NCBI GenBank assembly: GCA_030529085.1
Contig: JAUMXM010000002.1
Coordinates: 13,164 to 77,163 of the forward strand
Length of the DNA: 64,000 bases
Direction: 5' to 3'
Source: Rikenellaceae bacterium
Lineage (GTDB): Bacteria; Bacteroidota; Bacteroidia; Bacteroidales; Rikenellaceae
Shown: piece after piece, positions 55,214-64,000 of the stretch
Position numbering within the stretch: position 1 is the stretch's first letter
Layout of the letters: every line of letters starts with the position of its first letter
Position numbers and translations under genes: made by a program
Notes under the pieces: generated by a model
Seen by the model: only the letters and a program-made list of their open reading frames with translations
The model's database searches: none
Told to the model about the DNA's origin: nothing

Positions 55214-57232
55214 ATGAAGAAGATTTTTTACTTCGCAACCATTCTTTTTATGGCAAGTTGCGCTAACAACAACACACCGGCTATCGATCTGACGAACTTC
55301 GATACGACGGTAGCCCCCAACGAAGACTTCTACCAGTATGCCACGGGCGGCTGGCAGAAGAAGAACCCCCTGAAGGCAGAATATGCCCGCTACGGTGCCT
55401 TTGATGTACTGCGCGAGAACAACGAGATCCGCATCAACGACCTCTTCTCGCAGATGGCCGAGGTGAAGGCCGAGGCCGGCTCGGTGGAGCAGAAGATCTC
55501 GGACCTCTACAAGATGGGCCTCGACTCGGTACGCCTCAACGAGGAGGGTCTGAAGGCCCTTGAGGGTGACCTTGCGGCCATTGATGCCATCACCGACGGT
55601 GCATCGCTGGCCAAGACCGTGGCCAAGATCCACTTCACGACGGGCAACCCCCTCTTCGCCATGTATGTAACCTCGGACCTGATGAACAGCAAGATGAATA
55701 CGCTCTACATCTCGCAGTCGGGCCTCGGCATGGGCAACCGCGACTACTACCTCGATGAGGAGCACGCCGCAAAGCGCGAGGGTTATGTTGCCTACCTAGA
55801 GAAGGCCTTCACGCTGGCAGGCATCGAGAATGCCAAGGCTGAGGCCGAGACGGTCTTTACGTTCGAGAAGAAGATGGCCGAGCGTTTCCGCTCGAATGTC
55901 GAGCTGCGCGACATCTTCAAGGCCTACAACCCGATGTCGAAGCAGGAGTTCGTGGCTCGCTACAAGAACTTCGACTGGGAGGGTTACCGCACGGAGCTGG
56001 GCCTGGGCGACTTTGAGCAGATCATCGTCGAGCAGCCCGAGGTGATTGACCTGGTGAACGAGCTCGTAAAGAAGGAGCCCCTCTCGACCCTCAAGAGCTA
56101 CCTGAAGGCCAACCTGCTGGGTGCCGCCGCCGGCTATGTGGGCGATGAGCTCTACGCCGCATCGTTCGACTTCTTCAGCCGCCAGATGACCGGCGTCGAG
56201 GAGATGAAGCCCCGCTGGAAGCGCGCCATGGCTGTGCCCAACGCCATCCTCTCGGAAGCTGTGGGCGAGATCTACGTGGCCAAGTACTTCCCCGCCGAGG
56301 ATAAGGTACGCATGACGGAGCTGGTGAAGAACCTCCAGGTGGCCCTCGGTCAGCATATCGAGGCGCTGGAGTGGATGTCGGACGAGACGAAGGCCAAGGC
56401 CCAGGAGAAGCTCGCCACCTTCACCGTGAAGATCGGCTACCCCGACAAGTGGAAGGACTACACGACCCTCGAGATCGACCCCACGATGTCGTATTGGGAG
56501 AACATCAAGCGCGCCTCGGCTTGGAGCACCGCCGACAACCTTGCACGCCTGGGTAAGGAGGTAGATCGCGAGGAGTGGTTCATGTCGCCCCAGACGGTGA
56601 ACGCCTACTACAACCCCACGACCAACGAGATCTGCTTCCCGGCAGCCATTCTCCAGCCCCCCTTCTACAACTCGACGGCCGACGATGCCGTGAACTACGG
56701 TGCTATCGGCGTGGTGATCGGTCACGAGATGACCCACGGTTTCGACGACCAGGGTCGCAACTTCGACAAGGATGGCAACATGATCAACTGGTGGACCGAG
56801 GCCGACGCTGCTGCCTTCCAGAAGAAGGCCGACGTGCTGGTCGAGCAATTCAACAAGATTGAGGTGCTGCCCGCCACGGAGGAGTCGCCTGCCGTGATGG
56901 CCGACGGTGCCCTCTCGCTGGGTGAGAATATCGCCGACCAGGGTGGTCTGCGTGTTGCCTACACCGCGCTGCAGAATGCGCTGGGTGAGGAGAAGCCCGC
57001 CCCGATCGACGGCTTCACGGCCGAGCAGCGTTTCTACCTGGCCTACGCCACGCTGTGGGGTCAGAACATCCGCGACGAGGAGAAGGCCCGCCTGACGAAG
57101 GTCGATGTTCACTCGCTGGGTGTAAACCGCGTGAATGCCACCGTGAAGAACCTCCAGAGCTTCTACGATGCCTTCGGCATCACCGAGGGTAAGATGTTCC
57201 TGCCCGAGGAGGAGCGCGTGATTATTTGGTAA
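55214..57232 (+). CDS. pepO: M13 family zinc endopeptidase PepO (lipoprotein; alternative start 55193)
   Basis: MKKIF...MASC lipoprotein signal; VNAYY, GHEMTHGFD and ENIAD motifs. Confidence 0.93.
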   Translation: MKKIFYFATILFMASCANNNTPAIDLTNFDTTVAPNEDFYQYATGGWQKKNPLKAEYARYGAFDVLRENNEIRINDLFSQMAEVKAEAGSVEQKISDLYKMGLDSVRLNEEGLKALEGDLAAIDAITDGASLAKTVAKIHFTTGNPLFAMYVTSDLMNSKMNTLYISQSGLGMGNRDYYLDEEHAAKREGYVAYLEKAFTLAGIENAKAEAETVFTFEKKMAERFRSNVELRDIFKAYNPMSKQEFVARYKNFDWEGYRTELGLGDFEQIIVEQPEVIDLVNELVKKEPLSTLKSYLKANLLGAAAGYVGDELYAASFDFFSRQMTGVEEMKPRWKRAMAVPNAILSEAVGEIYVAKYFPAEDKVRMTELVKNLQVALGQHIEALEWMSDETKAKAQEKLATFTVKIGYPDKWKDYTTLEIDPTMSYWENIKRASAWSTADNLARLGKEVDREEWFMSPQTVNAYYNPTTNEICFPAAILQPPFYNSTADDAVNYGAIGVVIGHEMTHGFDDQGRNFDKDGNMINWWTEADAAAFQKKADVLVEQFNKIEVLPATEESPAVMADGALSLGENIADQGGLRVAYTALQNALGEEKPAPIDGFTAEQRFYLAYATLWGQNIRDEEKARLTKVDVHSLGVNRVNATVKNLQSFYDAFGITEGKMFLPEEERVIIW

Positions 57233-57255
57233 AAAAACAGATTTGTTTCCGACGC

Positions 57256-57286
57256 AAAAAAGCTGCCTTTCGAGGCAGCTTTTTTT
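57256..57286 (+). terminator. Intrinsic terminator after pepO
   Basis: aaaaaagctgcct/aggcagcttttttt hairpin. Confidence 0.88.
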
Positions 57287-57327
57287 GTGGGGCGGGTCGA
57301 AGGATGCAAGGAATAAGAAACGAAAAA

Positions 57328-57402
57328 TTAAAGGAGGTTAAAGGGGATTAAAGGCAATTAAAGAATCCCCTTAGCAACCCTAAGCAGTCTTTGCAACCCT
57401 TA
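57328..57402. repeat. 10-bp-period TTAAAGG array followed by a loosely inverted CCCTTA array
   Basis: TTAAAG(G/A) at 57328, 57338, 57348 and 57358; ccctta, ccctaa, tctttg and ccctta at about 57368, 57378, 57388 and 57397. Confidence 0.7.
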
Positions 57403-57413
57403 CCCCACCCCGC

Positions 57414-57444
57414 AAAAAAATAGAGCCCCGCAATAGCGAGGCTC
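57414..57444 (-). terminator. Intrinsic terminator for the patatin gene
   Basis: gagcc-c-cgc/gcg-a-ggctc stem preceded by an A7 run (a T-tail on the - strand). Confidence 0.7.
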
Positions 57445-57458
57445 ATAAATCATAAACT

Positions 57459-59792
57459 CTAATAGAAGGTGCCCTTCGGGGCAAAGATCGGGTATCCAAA
57501 GTTGAACATCAGATACATATCCTGCCAAGAGTCGAGGTCATACTTAATAAGCGAAAGGTTGACCGGACCGATGGGGGTGTGGTAGACGAGCGCCATCTCG
57601 GAGATGAAGTGGAGCTGCTTGTCATCCCAATCGACCAGATGCCCCTCGGAGAAGTGGTTACGCGAACGGTACATGGCGTAGAAGCCGGTACGCAGGAAGA
57701 AGTTGGGGCTGAAGGAGAAGGTGGGATTCACACCTCCGGCCGCAAATCGCTTGGCCACAAAGTCGGGCATGAAGATCTTACGCACATGGGGCATGGGCTC
57801 ATAGGCGGGCATGGACATCAGCGTAGCACCCTCGGAGTTGAAACGGGGGTGGTTGGTGTAGACCGCATCGAGGTTTACACCCAACATAAACCAATCGGCC
57901 TCGGGCATATTGAAGATCTTCTCGTACTGGAAGCGAAGGCCGTACCACTTACGACCCACACCCTGTCTGAAACGACCATCACTCTCGGGGCTGAAACGGT
58001 CGCGACCGCTCACATAGATCGTCGAAAGGTGGAGGTCGGAACCGCGCGTCGGGTAGAGGTATTTATCGAGCGTATTGCGCGCCAACTCGAGCTTGGCGCC
58101 ATAATACCAAAAACGGGTATGGTCGAGGTTATCGGGATTGGTCGCAGCCTCGTTGTGGTAATTCGAATGGCCAGCATGGAGCTTCAACTCGACCAACGAA
58201 CGGTGGGTAAGGCGGAAACCAAGACCCAGCGAGCCAAAACTCTCGCTCTGCTTGATAGGAAGCGTGTTGTCGATCTCGGTGATGCGTCCAAAAGAGCCGT
58301 GGCGATAGTTCTCGACGGCAAAATTGTAGGCGTAGGTCAGGAAGAAGGGGTCGTTCATGTAGAAGTCCATACGACCACCTAATGTTCCCCACGTGTAGGT
58401 GGGACCCAGGTAGAGGTGGGCACCTAAGGTGTTGGCTACGCGCGCAAACGAACGGTAGGTTACACCCAGGTAGGCCTGGTTGAAGGCCGTGGAGGAGATA
58501 TTACCGCCGATCGTGAAACGGAACTTGGGACGCGCCTTCAAGTTGGCTTCAAAACGGTAGCGTTCGCACTCCCGGTCATACTCGACTCTCGGGATATCCA
58601 TCTGATAGTCACCCGTTACGAGCACCTTGTAGATGTTGTCGCGCAGGGTGGTAAAGGCCATCTGACGTTGGCGATTATTGCCATGCAGGTCGGCACGCAT
58701 ATAGTCGCGGACATAGGCCTGCTGATCACGATTCAAGCCCGTGATCTTATAGTCGTTGAAGATGAGTGCCGGGCACCGCTTGCGGAAGGCCTCGCGCCGC
58801 TCGCTGTACTGCTTGCGCGTCATCAGCTCCGAGGCGGGGATGTGGGCCAAAATCTCCTCCAGCTTCTCCTTCGTATCCTCATAGCCCTGGTTCATCACCG
58901 GCTCTACATTGTCGAAATCGAGCATGCCCACATCCACTGCGCGGTGAATCGTCACCGAACGCTCTTCGGGCATGACATAATTCGAGCCCCCCATTGCAAT
59001 CAGGACCGCCTGCTCAATGATCGACTCATCGCCATCGGGTTTAATCTCGCCCGAGGTACAAATCGAGCCGATGAGCAACTCGGGTTTGTGTTTGGCATCG
59101 AGCTGTCGCCAGGGAAAATTATCGTAGATACCACCGTCGTAGAGCAACATCGAATCCTGCTTTACGGGTTTGAAAGCCAACGGAATAGACATCGAAGCAC
59201 GAATCGCCTCGGGCAGCGATCCCCGATCGAAGACCACCGGCTTGCGTTGATTCATATCGGCTGCAATGCAGAGGAAAGGGACCATGAGCTTCGAGAAATC
59301 ATCCTCGGCGGCGGTCGAAGGGGCTGCAAAGAGCTCAATGAGCGCCATGTCGATCTGGGTCGATGAGAGAAGATTCTTCGGTAGCTGGAATTTATTATCC
59401 TTGGCACCCAGATCGATCCACAGATTGATAAACGAGGGTGAGCCCTCGATCTGGCGGTAGTAAGGCATATACTGCGTAGGGTCGATACGTCCCGACACCC
59501 ACTGCTGGATGGCACCCGAATTGACAATAGCACGCATCTCGGAGGGCGAATAGCCGGCGGCATACATCGCACCGATGATCGAACCCATCGAGGTACCAGC
59601 AATGTAATCGATCGGAACACCCGCCTCCTCGAGAGCCTCCAAGACACCGATGTGGTACAAACCCTTCGCGCCACCTCCGCTCAAAACCACGCCGACACCC
59701 CGACGAGTCTGTGTCGAGTTGTCGGTTTGCGCCCAAATCGGACCATTTATCCCCAGAAGGGCAGCTATAATGAGCAGATATATGCGAAACAT
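57459..59792 (-). CDS. Patatin-like phospholipase with probable C-terminal outer-membrane beta-barrel (PlpD/type Vd-like)
   Basis: Signal peptide; GGGAKG, GTSMG and DGG motifs; amphipathic beta-strand C-terminal half ending ...YHTPIGP...FNFGY...FY. Confidence 0.88.
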   Translation of the reverse strand: MFRIYLLIIAALLGINGPIWAQTDNSTQTRRGVGVVLSGGGAKGLYHIGVLEALEEAGVPIDYIAGTSMGSIIGAMYAAGYSPSEMRAIVNSGAIQQWVSGRIDPTQYMPYYRQIEGSPSFINLWIDLGAKDNKFQLPKNLLSSTQIDMALIELFAAPSTAAEDDFSKLMVPFLCIAADMNQRKPVVFDRGSLPEAIRASMSIPLAFKPVKQDSMLLYDGGIYDNFPWRQLDAKHKPELLIGSICTSGEIKPDGDESIIEQAVLIAMGGSNYVMPEERSVTIHRAVDVGMLDFDNVEPVMNQGYEDTKEKLEEILAHIPASELMTRKQYSERREAFRKRCPALIFNDYKITGLNRDQQAYVRDYMRADLHGNNRQRQMAFTTLRDNIYKVLVTGDYQMDIPRVEYDRECERYRFEANLKARPKFRFTIGGNISSTAFNQAYLGVTYRSFARVANTLGAHLYLGPTYTWGTLGGRMDFYMNDPFFLTYAYNFAVENYRHGSFGRITEIDNTLPIKQSESFGSLGLGFRLTHRSLVELKLHAGHSNYHNEAATNPDNLDHTRFWYYGAKLELARNTLDKYLYPTRGSDLHLSTIYVSGRDRFSPESDGRFRQGVGRKWYGLRFQYEKIFNMPEADWFMLGVNLDAVYTNHPRFNSEGATLMSMPAYEPMPHVRKIFMPDFVAKRFAAGGVNPTFSFSPNFFLRTGFYAMYRSRNHFSEGHLVDWDDKQLHFISEMALVYHTPIGPVNLSLIKYDLDSWQDMYLMFNFGYPIFAPKGTFY

Positions 59793-59805
59793 AAACTTTT
59801 TTTTG

Positions 59806-59813
59806 TACCTTTG
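59806..59813 (+). promoter_or_regulatory. -7 element (TACCTTTG) for the pheS operon
   Basis: TAnnTTTG 62 nt upstream of pheS. Confidence 0.6.
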
Positions 59814-59875
59814 CCTATTAGAACTCTGTTCTAAACACGTTTCAAAAATAGAGAAAAAGTATAAACATTCAAAAT

Positions 59876-60919
59876 ATGATTGAAAAAATCAACGAACTTC
59901 TTCGACAAGTCGAAGAATTTAGCCCCAAAGCGGCGGCCGAGGTAGAGGAGTTTCGCATCCGCATCCTCGGTAAGAAGGGCGAACTCACGGCCCTGATGGA
60001 CGAGTTCAAGAGCGTGGCTCCCGAGCTGAAGCGTGAGCTGGGCCAGAAGCTCAACGCCCTCAAAAACGAGGCCCTGCAGCGCATCAACACCCTGAAGGAG
60101 GAGTTGCAGAACGCGGCTGCCGATTCGGCTTCGCAGGTGGGCGACATGACCCGTCCGGGTACGGCCGAGGAGCTGGGCTCGCGCCACCCCATCTCGCTGG
60201 TCAAGAACGAGATCGTGGAGGTCTTTGCCCGCCTGGGTTACACCGTAGCCGATGGTCCCGAGATCGAGGATGATCAGCATGTATTCTCGTCGCTGAACTT
60301 CCCCCCCGAGCATCCTGCACGCGACATGCAGGACACCTTCTTCATCGAGAAGGCTTCGTCGGAGCCGAGCGAGAAGGATATCCTCTTGCGCACCCACACC
60401 TCGTCGATCCAGGTACGCACGATGGAGCACCAGAAGCCCCCTATCCGCGTTATCTGCCCGGGTCGCGTATTCCGCAACGAGGCGATCTCCTACCGCGCAC
60501 ACTGCATCTTCCACCAGATCGAGGGTCTCTATATCGATGAGGGTGTCTCGTTTGCCGACATGAAGCAGTCGCTGCTCTACTTCGCCAAGGAGATCTTTGG
60601 CGAGCAGGCTCAGATTCGCATGCGCCCCTCCTACTTCCCCTTCACGGAGCCCTCGGCCGAGGTCGATGTTTCGTGTAACCTTTGCGGTGGCAAGGGTTGC
60701 CCCGTCTGCAAGGGTACGGGTTGGCTGGAGATCATGGGTTGCGGTATGGTAGACCCCAACGTACTGAAGGCCAGCAACATCGACCCCGAGAAGTATTCGG
60801 GATTCGCCTTTGGTATGGGTATTGAGCGTATCGCCATGTTGAAGTACGGCGTGAAGGATTTGCGTCTCTACTTCGAGAACGACGTACGCTTCCTCCACCA
60901 GTTCGACGACGCCTTGTAG
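59876..60919 (+). CDS. pheS: Phenylalanine--tRNA ligase alpha subunit
   Basis: HPARDMQDTF, LRTHTS, FHQIEGL, YFPFTEPS and GFAFGMGIER motifs. Confidence 0.97.
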   Translation: MIEKINELLRQVEEFSPKAAAEVEEFRIRILGKKGELTALMDEFKSVAPELKRELGQKLNALKNEALQRINTLKEELQNAAADSASQVGDMTRPGTAEELGSRHPISLVKNEIVEVFARLGYTVADGPEIEDDQHVFSSLNFPPEHPARDMQDTFFIEKASSEPSEKDILLRTHTSSIQVRTMEHQKPPIRVICPGRVFRNEAISYRAHCIFHQIEGLYIDEGVSFADMKQSLLYFAKEIFGEQAQIRMRPSYFPFTEPSAEVDVSCNLCGGKGCPVCKGTGWLEIMGCGMVDPNVLKASNIDPEKYSGFAFGMGIERIAMLKYGVKDLRLYFENDVRFLHQFDDAL

Positions 60920-60949
60920 CCGAAGCGCTACCCCTAAATACGAAAAAAG

Positions 60950-62725
60950 ATGAAACGCTTTGTTGCGATAGTTGCGTTGATAGCCCTCTTTTCGACCTCC
61001 TTTTTGGTCGGAAGAGCCACAACGCCCTCCCCCACCGGTGAGGATTCGCTGCGGAGCGTTTTTCTTTATACCGAAGCGCTGAAAAAGCTCCGCATCCACC
61101 GCGATACGGCAGGCGGTGAGAAGCTGCTCAAAGAGCTGCTGGTCAACGACTCGCTCTATGCTCCCGCATATTATGAGCTGGTAACCAACAACTTGGCTTC
61201 ATCACCCGAAGAGGCTGTCCGCTGGGCCGAAAGCGCCTACAGACTCGATACGACCAACCAATGGTACCACCGAGCCTGGGGACAGTCGCTGCTCATCGCC
61301 GAGCGTTATGCCGAGGCATTGCCCGTCTATCGGGCACTCAACGAACTGGAGCCCCAAGACCTGGACACCTATCGCATCCTGGCGGCGCTCTATCAGCAAA
61401 ACAAGCAACCCTACTCGGCCATTGCGGTGCTCGACTCGGCCGAGGTGCATACGGGTCGCCACCCCTACCTAAGCCGCATGAAGCGCCAGTTACTCATCGA
61501 AACAGCGCAAACCGATCGCGCCATCGAAGAGGCCAAAGCACTCGTGGAAGAGATACCCTACGAGGCGAACAACCATGTGGTTTTGGCCGAACTCTACGGC
61601 GTGCAGGGCAACGATTCGTTGGCACGCGCCTGCTACGACGAGGCGCTGAAGATCGATTCGATGAACATCGAAACACTCGCATCGCTCTCCGACTATTTCA
61701 ACAAGCGTCGCGACATTCGCTCGATGTTGTGGGTAACGCGCCGCCTCTTCCAGTCGGACGAGATTTCGCTCGACCAGAAGATTCGCCGCTTTGAGATCTT
61801 CACCTCAAACCGCGAATTCTATCGCGACAACTATTTTCAGCTCAACGAGTTGGCATCGATCTTAGCGATCAACTACCCCACCAACAAAGAGGTTGTGGAT
61901 CTCTATGCCGGCCACCTTATCGCCGCAGGACAGCTCGAAGAGGCCTTGAAACACTACAAAAATCACCTCTCGGACACCCCGACACAAAAGGATTACTACC
62001 TGACGGTGATCGACATCGAGAGCTATTTGGAGCGTCCCGACTCGGTAAAAAAGTATATCGCCGAGGGTCACGCCCGCTTCCCGGACGATATCGAATTCCA
62101 CCTGGCCGAGGGCAACGTGCGCTATCGTATGGGAAACCACATCGGGGCAGCGATGAGCTACCACAAGGCCTTGAAATATGCCAACAACGACACCCTGCGC
62201 AGCCAGATTTGGGGTCAGATTGGCGATGTATATCATGCCTACGGCGAATCGTCGGGCATCCTGATTGGAAAGCTATATCAGCGAGACTGCTACCGCGCCT
62301 ACAAGAAGGCGCTGAAATACAACCCCGACAACGTCTTGGTGTTGAACAACTGGGCCTACTTCCTCTCAGTGGAGGGCAAGCAGTTGGAGCGCGCATTGCA
62401 GATGGCCGAGCGCGTCACGGAGCTCACCGAGCGCAACCCGACCTACATGGATACCCACGCCTGGATTCTCTTCCGCATGGGTCGCCTGGAGGAGGCGCGT
62501 CAGCTGATGCGTCAGGCGGTGGCGCTCGACGGCCAAAAGAGCCCTGAACTACTACTCCACTACGGCGATATTCTCCACGCCTTAGGCGAGCAGTTTATGG
62601 CCGAGAACTACTGGAAAAAGGCGCTCGACAAGGGCTACGACAAGGCCAAGATCGAGGAGCGCCTGGCCCTGCCTCCTGTTGAAAAACCCGCCCCGAAGAG
62701 CGATTCGGAGCCACAAAAAGATTAA
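60950..62725 (+). CDS. Exported tetratricopeptide-repeat protein
   Basis: Signal peptide; multiple TPRs with LNNWAY, DTHAWILF and HYGDIL. Confidence 0.88.
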   Translation: MKRFVAIVALIALFSTSFLVGRATTPSPTGEDSLRSVFLYTEALKKLRIHRDTAGGEKLLKELLVNDSLYAPAYYELVTNNLASSPEEAVRWAESAYRLDTTNQWYHRAWGQSLLIAERYAEALPVYRALNELEPQDLDTYRILAALYQQNKQPYSAIAVLDSAEVHTGRHPYLSRMKRQLLIETAQTDRAIEEAKALVEEIPYEANNHVVLAELYGVQGNDSLARACYDEALKIDSMNIETLASLSDYFNKRRDIRSMLWVTRRLFQSDEISLDQKIRRFEIFTSNREFYRDNYFQLNELASILAINYPTNKEVVDLYAGHLIAAGQLEEALKHYKNHLSDTPTQKDYYLTVIDIESYLERPDSVKKYIAEGHARFPDDIEFHLAEGNVRYRMGNHIGAAMSYHKALKYANNDTLRSQIWGQIGDVYHAYGESSGILIGKLYQRDCYRAYKKALKYNPDNVLVLNNWAYFLSVEGKQLERALQMAERVTELTERNPTYMDTHAWILFRMGRLEEARQLMRQAVALDGQKSPELLLHYGDILHALGEQFMAENYWKKALDKGYDKAKIEERLALPPVEKPAPKSDSEPQKD

Positions 62726-62740
62726 TAACTACCCTACCCC

Positions 62741-63868
62741 ATGCGCCTATTCCTTACAACCCTCTTCACCGCCCTGCTGCTCGTTGCGACCTCTTCGGTC
62801 ACAGCGCAGGACGAACGTGCCATCGAGGAGAAGCGCAAGGCGATTGCAGCCCTCGAAAAGAGGATTGCAGCCGAAGAGGAGGCCATCAACAAAATCCAGA
62901 AGAGTCGCAAGAATACCGAGGAGCGCGCCCGCCGCCTGGCCCGCCAAATAGAGCAGCGCAACCGCCTGCTGGGTGAGACCGAGCGCGAAGCGAAGCGCCT
63001 GGAGGGGGAGATTGCCAAATCGGACCGCCGCGCCGACTCACTACAGACGGCCCTCGACCGCAACGAAAAGGAGTATATCACCCTGGCGCGCGAATCCTAT
63101 CGCAACTACCGCCAGCAGAACTACATCAGCTATATCTTCTCCTCGCGCAACTTTGCCGACATAGCCCGTCGCATCAGCGCGATGCGCGAAATGGCCGCCC
63201 TGCGCGACCGCAAACTACGCGAAATCAAGGAGTTAAAGCAATCTGTTGCCGATGAGCGCCTCCGCCTCGATGAGCGCCAACACGAGTTGGACTCTGTCTC
63301 GGAGAAAGTCTCGGGCCAAAAGATGCGCCTGCAACGCGATGCTACGGCGGCCAAGCAGGAGATCCGCACGATGAGCAACAAGGAGAAGCAGGCCATGCAG
63401 CGTAAAGTGGCCCAGGAGGAGCAGCTGAGCGTCGCCATCAGCGAGCTGCGCAAGCTCACGAAGGGCAACAAGGAGGGCGCCTCCTTCTCGAAGCGCACCT
63501 CGGGTCTGAACCTGCCCGTCGTGGGTGGTCACGTGAAGCGTTACAAGGGCAACATGGCCGAGATTACGGGTAGTCGCGGCGCCACCGTGCGCTCTATCTA
63601 CGAGGGTAAGGTGGTCGACGTGAAACGCAACCGCATCACGGCAAAATACGAGGTTTTCGTAGCCCACGGCGAGTATATCACCTCCTACACCAACCTCGGC
63701 TCGATAGCCGTCGAGAAGAACCAAAAGGTGGCCAAAAACCAAGCCTTGGGCACGGTGGGAGCCGCCGTCAACGTAACGACGATGGAGACCGAATACAAGC
63801 TCGTTTTCGGCATCTATTCGCCCAACCCCAACGAGACCCTCTCGGCCTCGACTTGTTTCAAAAAATAG
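62741..63868 (+). CDS. envC: Murein hydrolase activator EnvC (coiled coil + degenerate M23)
   Basis: Signal peptide, long coiled coil, LPVVG...HGEYITSYTNL LytM domain lacking Zn ligands. Confidence 0.85.
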   Translation: MRLFLTTLFTALLLVATSSVTAQDERAIEEKRKAIAALEKRIAAEEEAINKIQKSRKNTEERARRLARQIEQRNRLLGETEREAKRLEGEIAKSDRRADSLQTALDRNEKEYITLARESYRNYRQQNYISYIFSSRNFADIARRISAMREMAALRDRKLREIKELKQSVADERLRLDERQHELDSVSEKVSGQKMRLQRDATAAKQEIRTMSNKEKQAMQRKVAQEEQLSVAISELRKLTKGNKEGASFSKRTSGLNLPVVGGHVKRYKGNMAEITGSRGATVRSIYEGKVVDVKRNRITAKYEVFVAHGEYITSYTNLGSIAVEKNQKVAKNQALGTVGAAVNVTTMETEYKLVFGIYSPNPNETLSASTCFKK

Positions 63869-63876
63869 CACGCAAA

Positions 63877-64000
63877 ATGGCTGTACATTACCACAACGAC
63901 GACTGTCGCTACCGCCTGCCTGCAAAGCGCCTGACGAGCCAATGGCTTCGCGAAGTGGCCGAAGCGGAAGGGTATAAGCTGGGGGAGGTGAACTACATCT
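63877..64000 (+). CDS. ybeY: rRNA maturation RNase YbeY, 3'-truncated by the window edge
   Basis: Open frame MAVHYHNDDCRYRLPAKRLTSQWLREVAEAEGYKLGEVNYI resembles the Bacteroidota YbeY N-terminus. The catalytic HxxxH region is outside the window. Confidence 0.65.
   Translation, partial: MAVHYHNDDCRYRLPAKRLTSQWLREVAEAEGYKLGEVNYI

Noticed and set aside
57328-57402. CRISPR or iteron interpretation of the periodic array
   Set aside because: The units are only about 10 bp with no spacers, and there is no cas or rep gene.
60670-60715. CxxC-x4-CxxC insert in PheS
   Set aside because: This is a common feature of PheS in Bacteroidota and Bacillota, not novel.
63480-63868. M23 domain lacking Zn ligands as a possible pseudogene
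   Set aside because: A degenerate LytM domain is normal for EnvC.
137-63925. Many long antisense ORFs (e.g. 137-1525, 9829-10992, 32743-34278, 40135-41745, 46343-47971, 55796-57112, 59831-61099)
   Set aside because: They mirror well-supported genes on the opposite strand, have no recognisable motifs, and are expected from GC-rich codon bias.
1-64000. rRNA, tRNA, riboswitch, IS element or integrase
   Set aside because: Intergenic gaps are short (at most about 230 nt) and none shows a cloverleaf, a known riboswitch core or terminal inverted repeats by eye. No recombinase motifs appear in the ORFs. A covariance-model search was not run.

Overview
A GC-rich, gene-dense stretch of core chromosome from a member of Bacteroidota, most likely Rikenellaceae (Alistipes-like). 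This assignment rests on gene content, recurring TAnnTTTG -7 promoter elements and A-rich, SD-less start regions; no database search was run. About 61 CDSs are supported, two of them truncated at the window edges. They are mostly housekeeping: rlmN, tonB, hflX, upp, cmk, ispH, hemD-like, rnpA, yidD, comEC, kdsC, lnt, folC, kbl, galE, rplY, pth, hslR, a partial dcw cluster (rsmH-ftsL-ftsI-murE-mraY-murD-ftsW), glsA/glsB-like acyltransferases, pgk, pepO, pheS, envC and ybeY. I see no rRNA, tRNA, CRISPR array, integrase, transposase or prophage. The most interesting accessory items are: (1) an operon of two URO-D/MT2-fold genes, ybaK and a fucP-type permease, with no corrinoid-protein gene; (2) an SSS transporter / Fe-ADH / PdxA2 / DUF1537 kinase tetronate-catabolism operon; (3) a RIC/hemerythrin-LuxR one-component regulator; (4) candidate cis-regulatory leaders in front of rplY and hflX, the latter with a basic +X+ uORF; (5) a dispersed family of 7-bp-period micro-arrays at gene ends and one 10-bp-period array; (6) a DUF4271 protein with five O-glycosylation sequons and a promoter embedded in its 3' coding sequence. 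All functional proposals beyond family assignment are inference.
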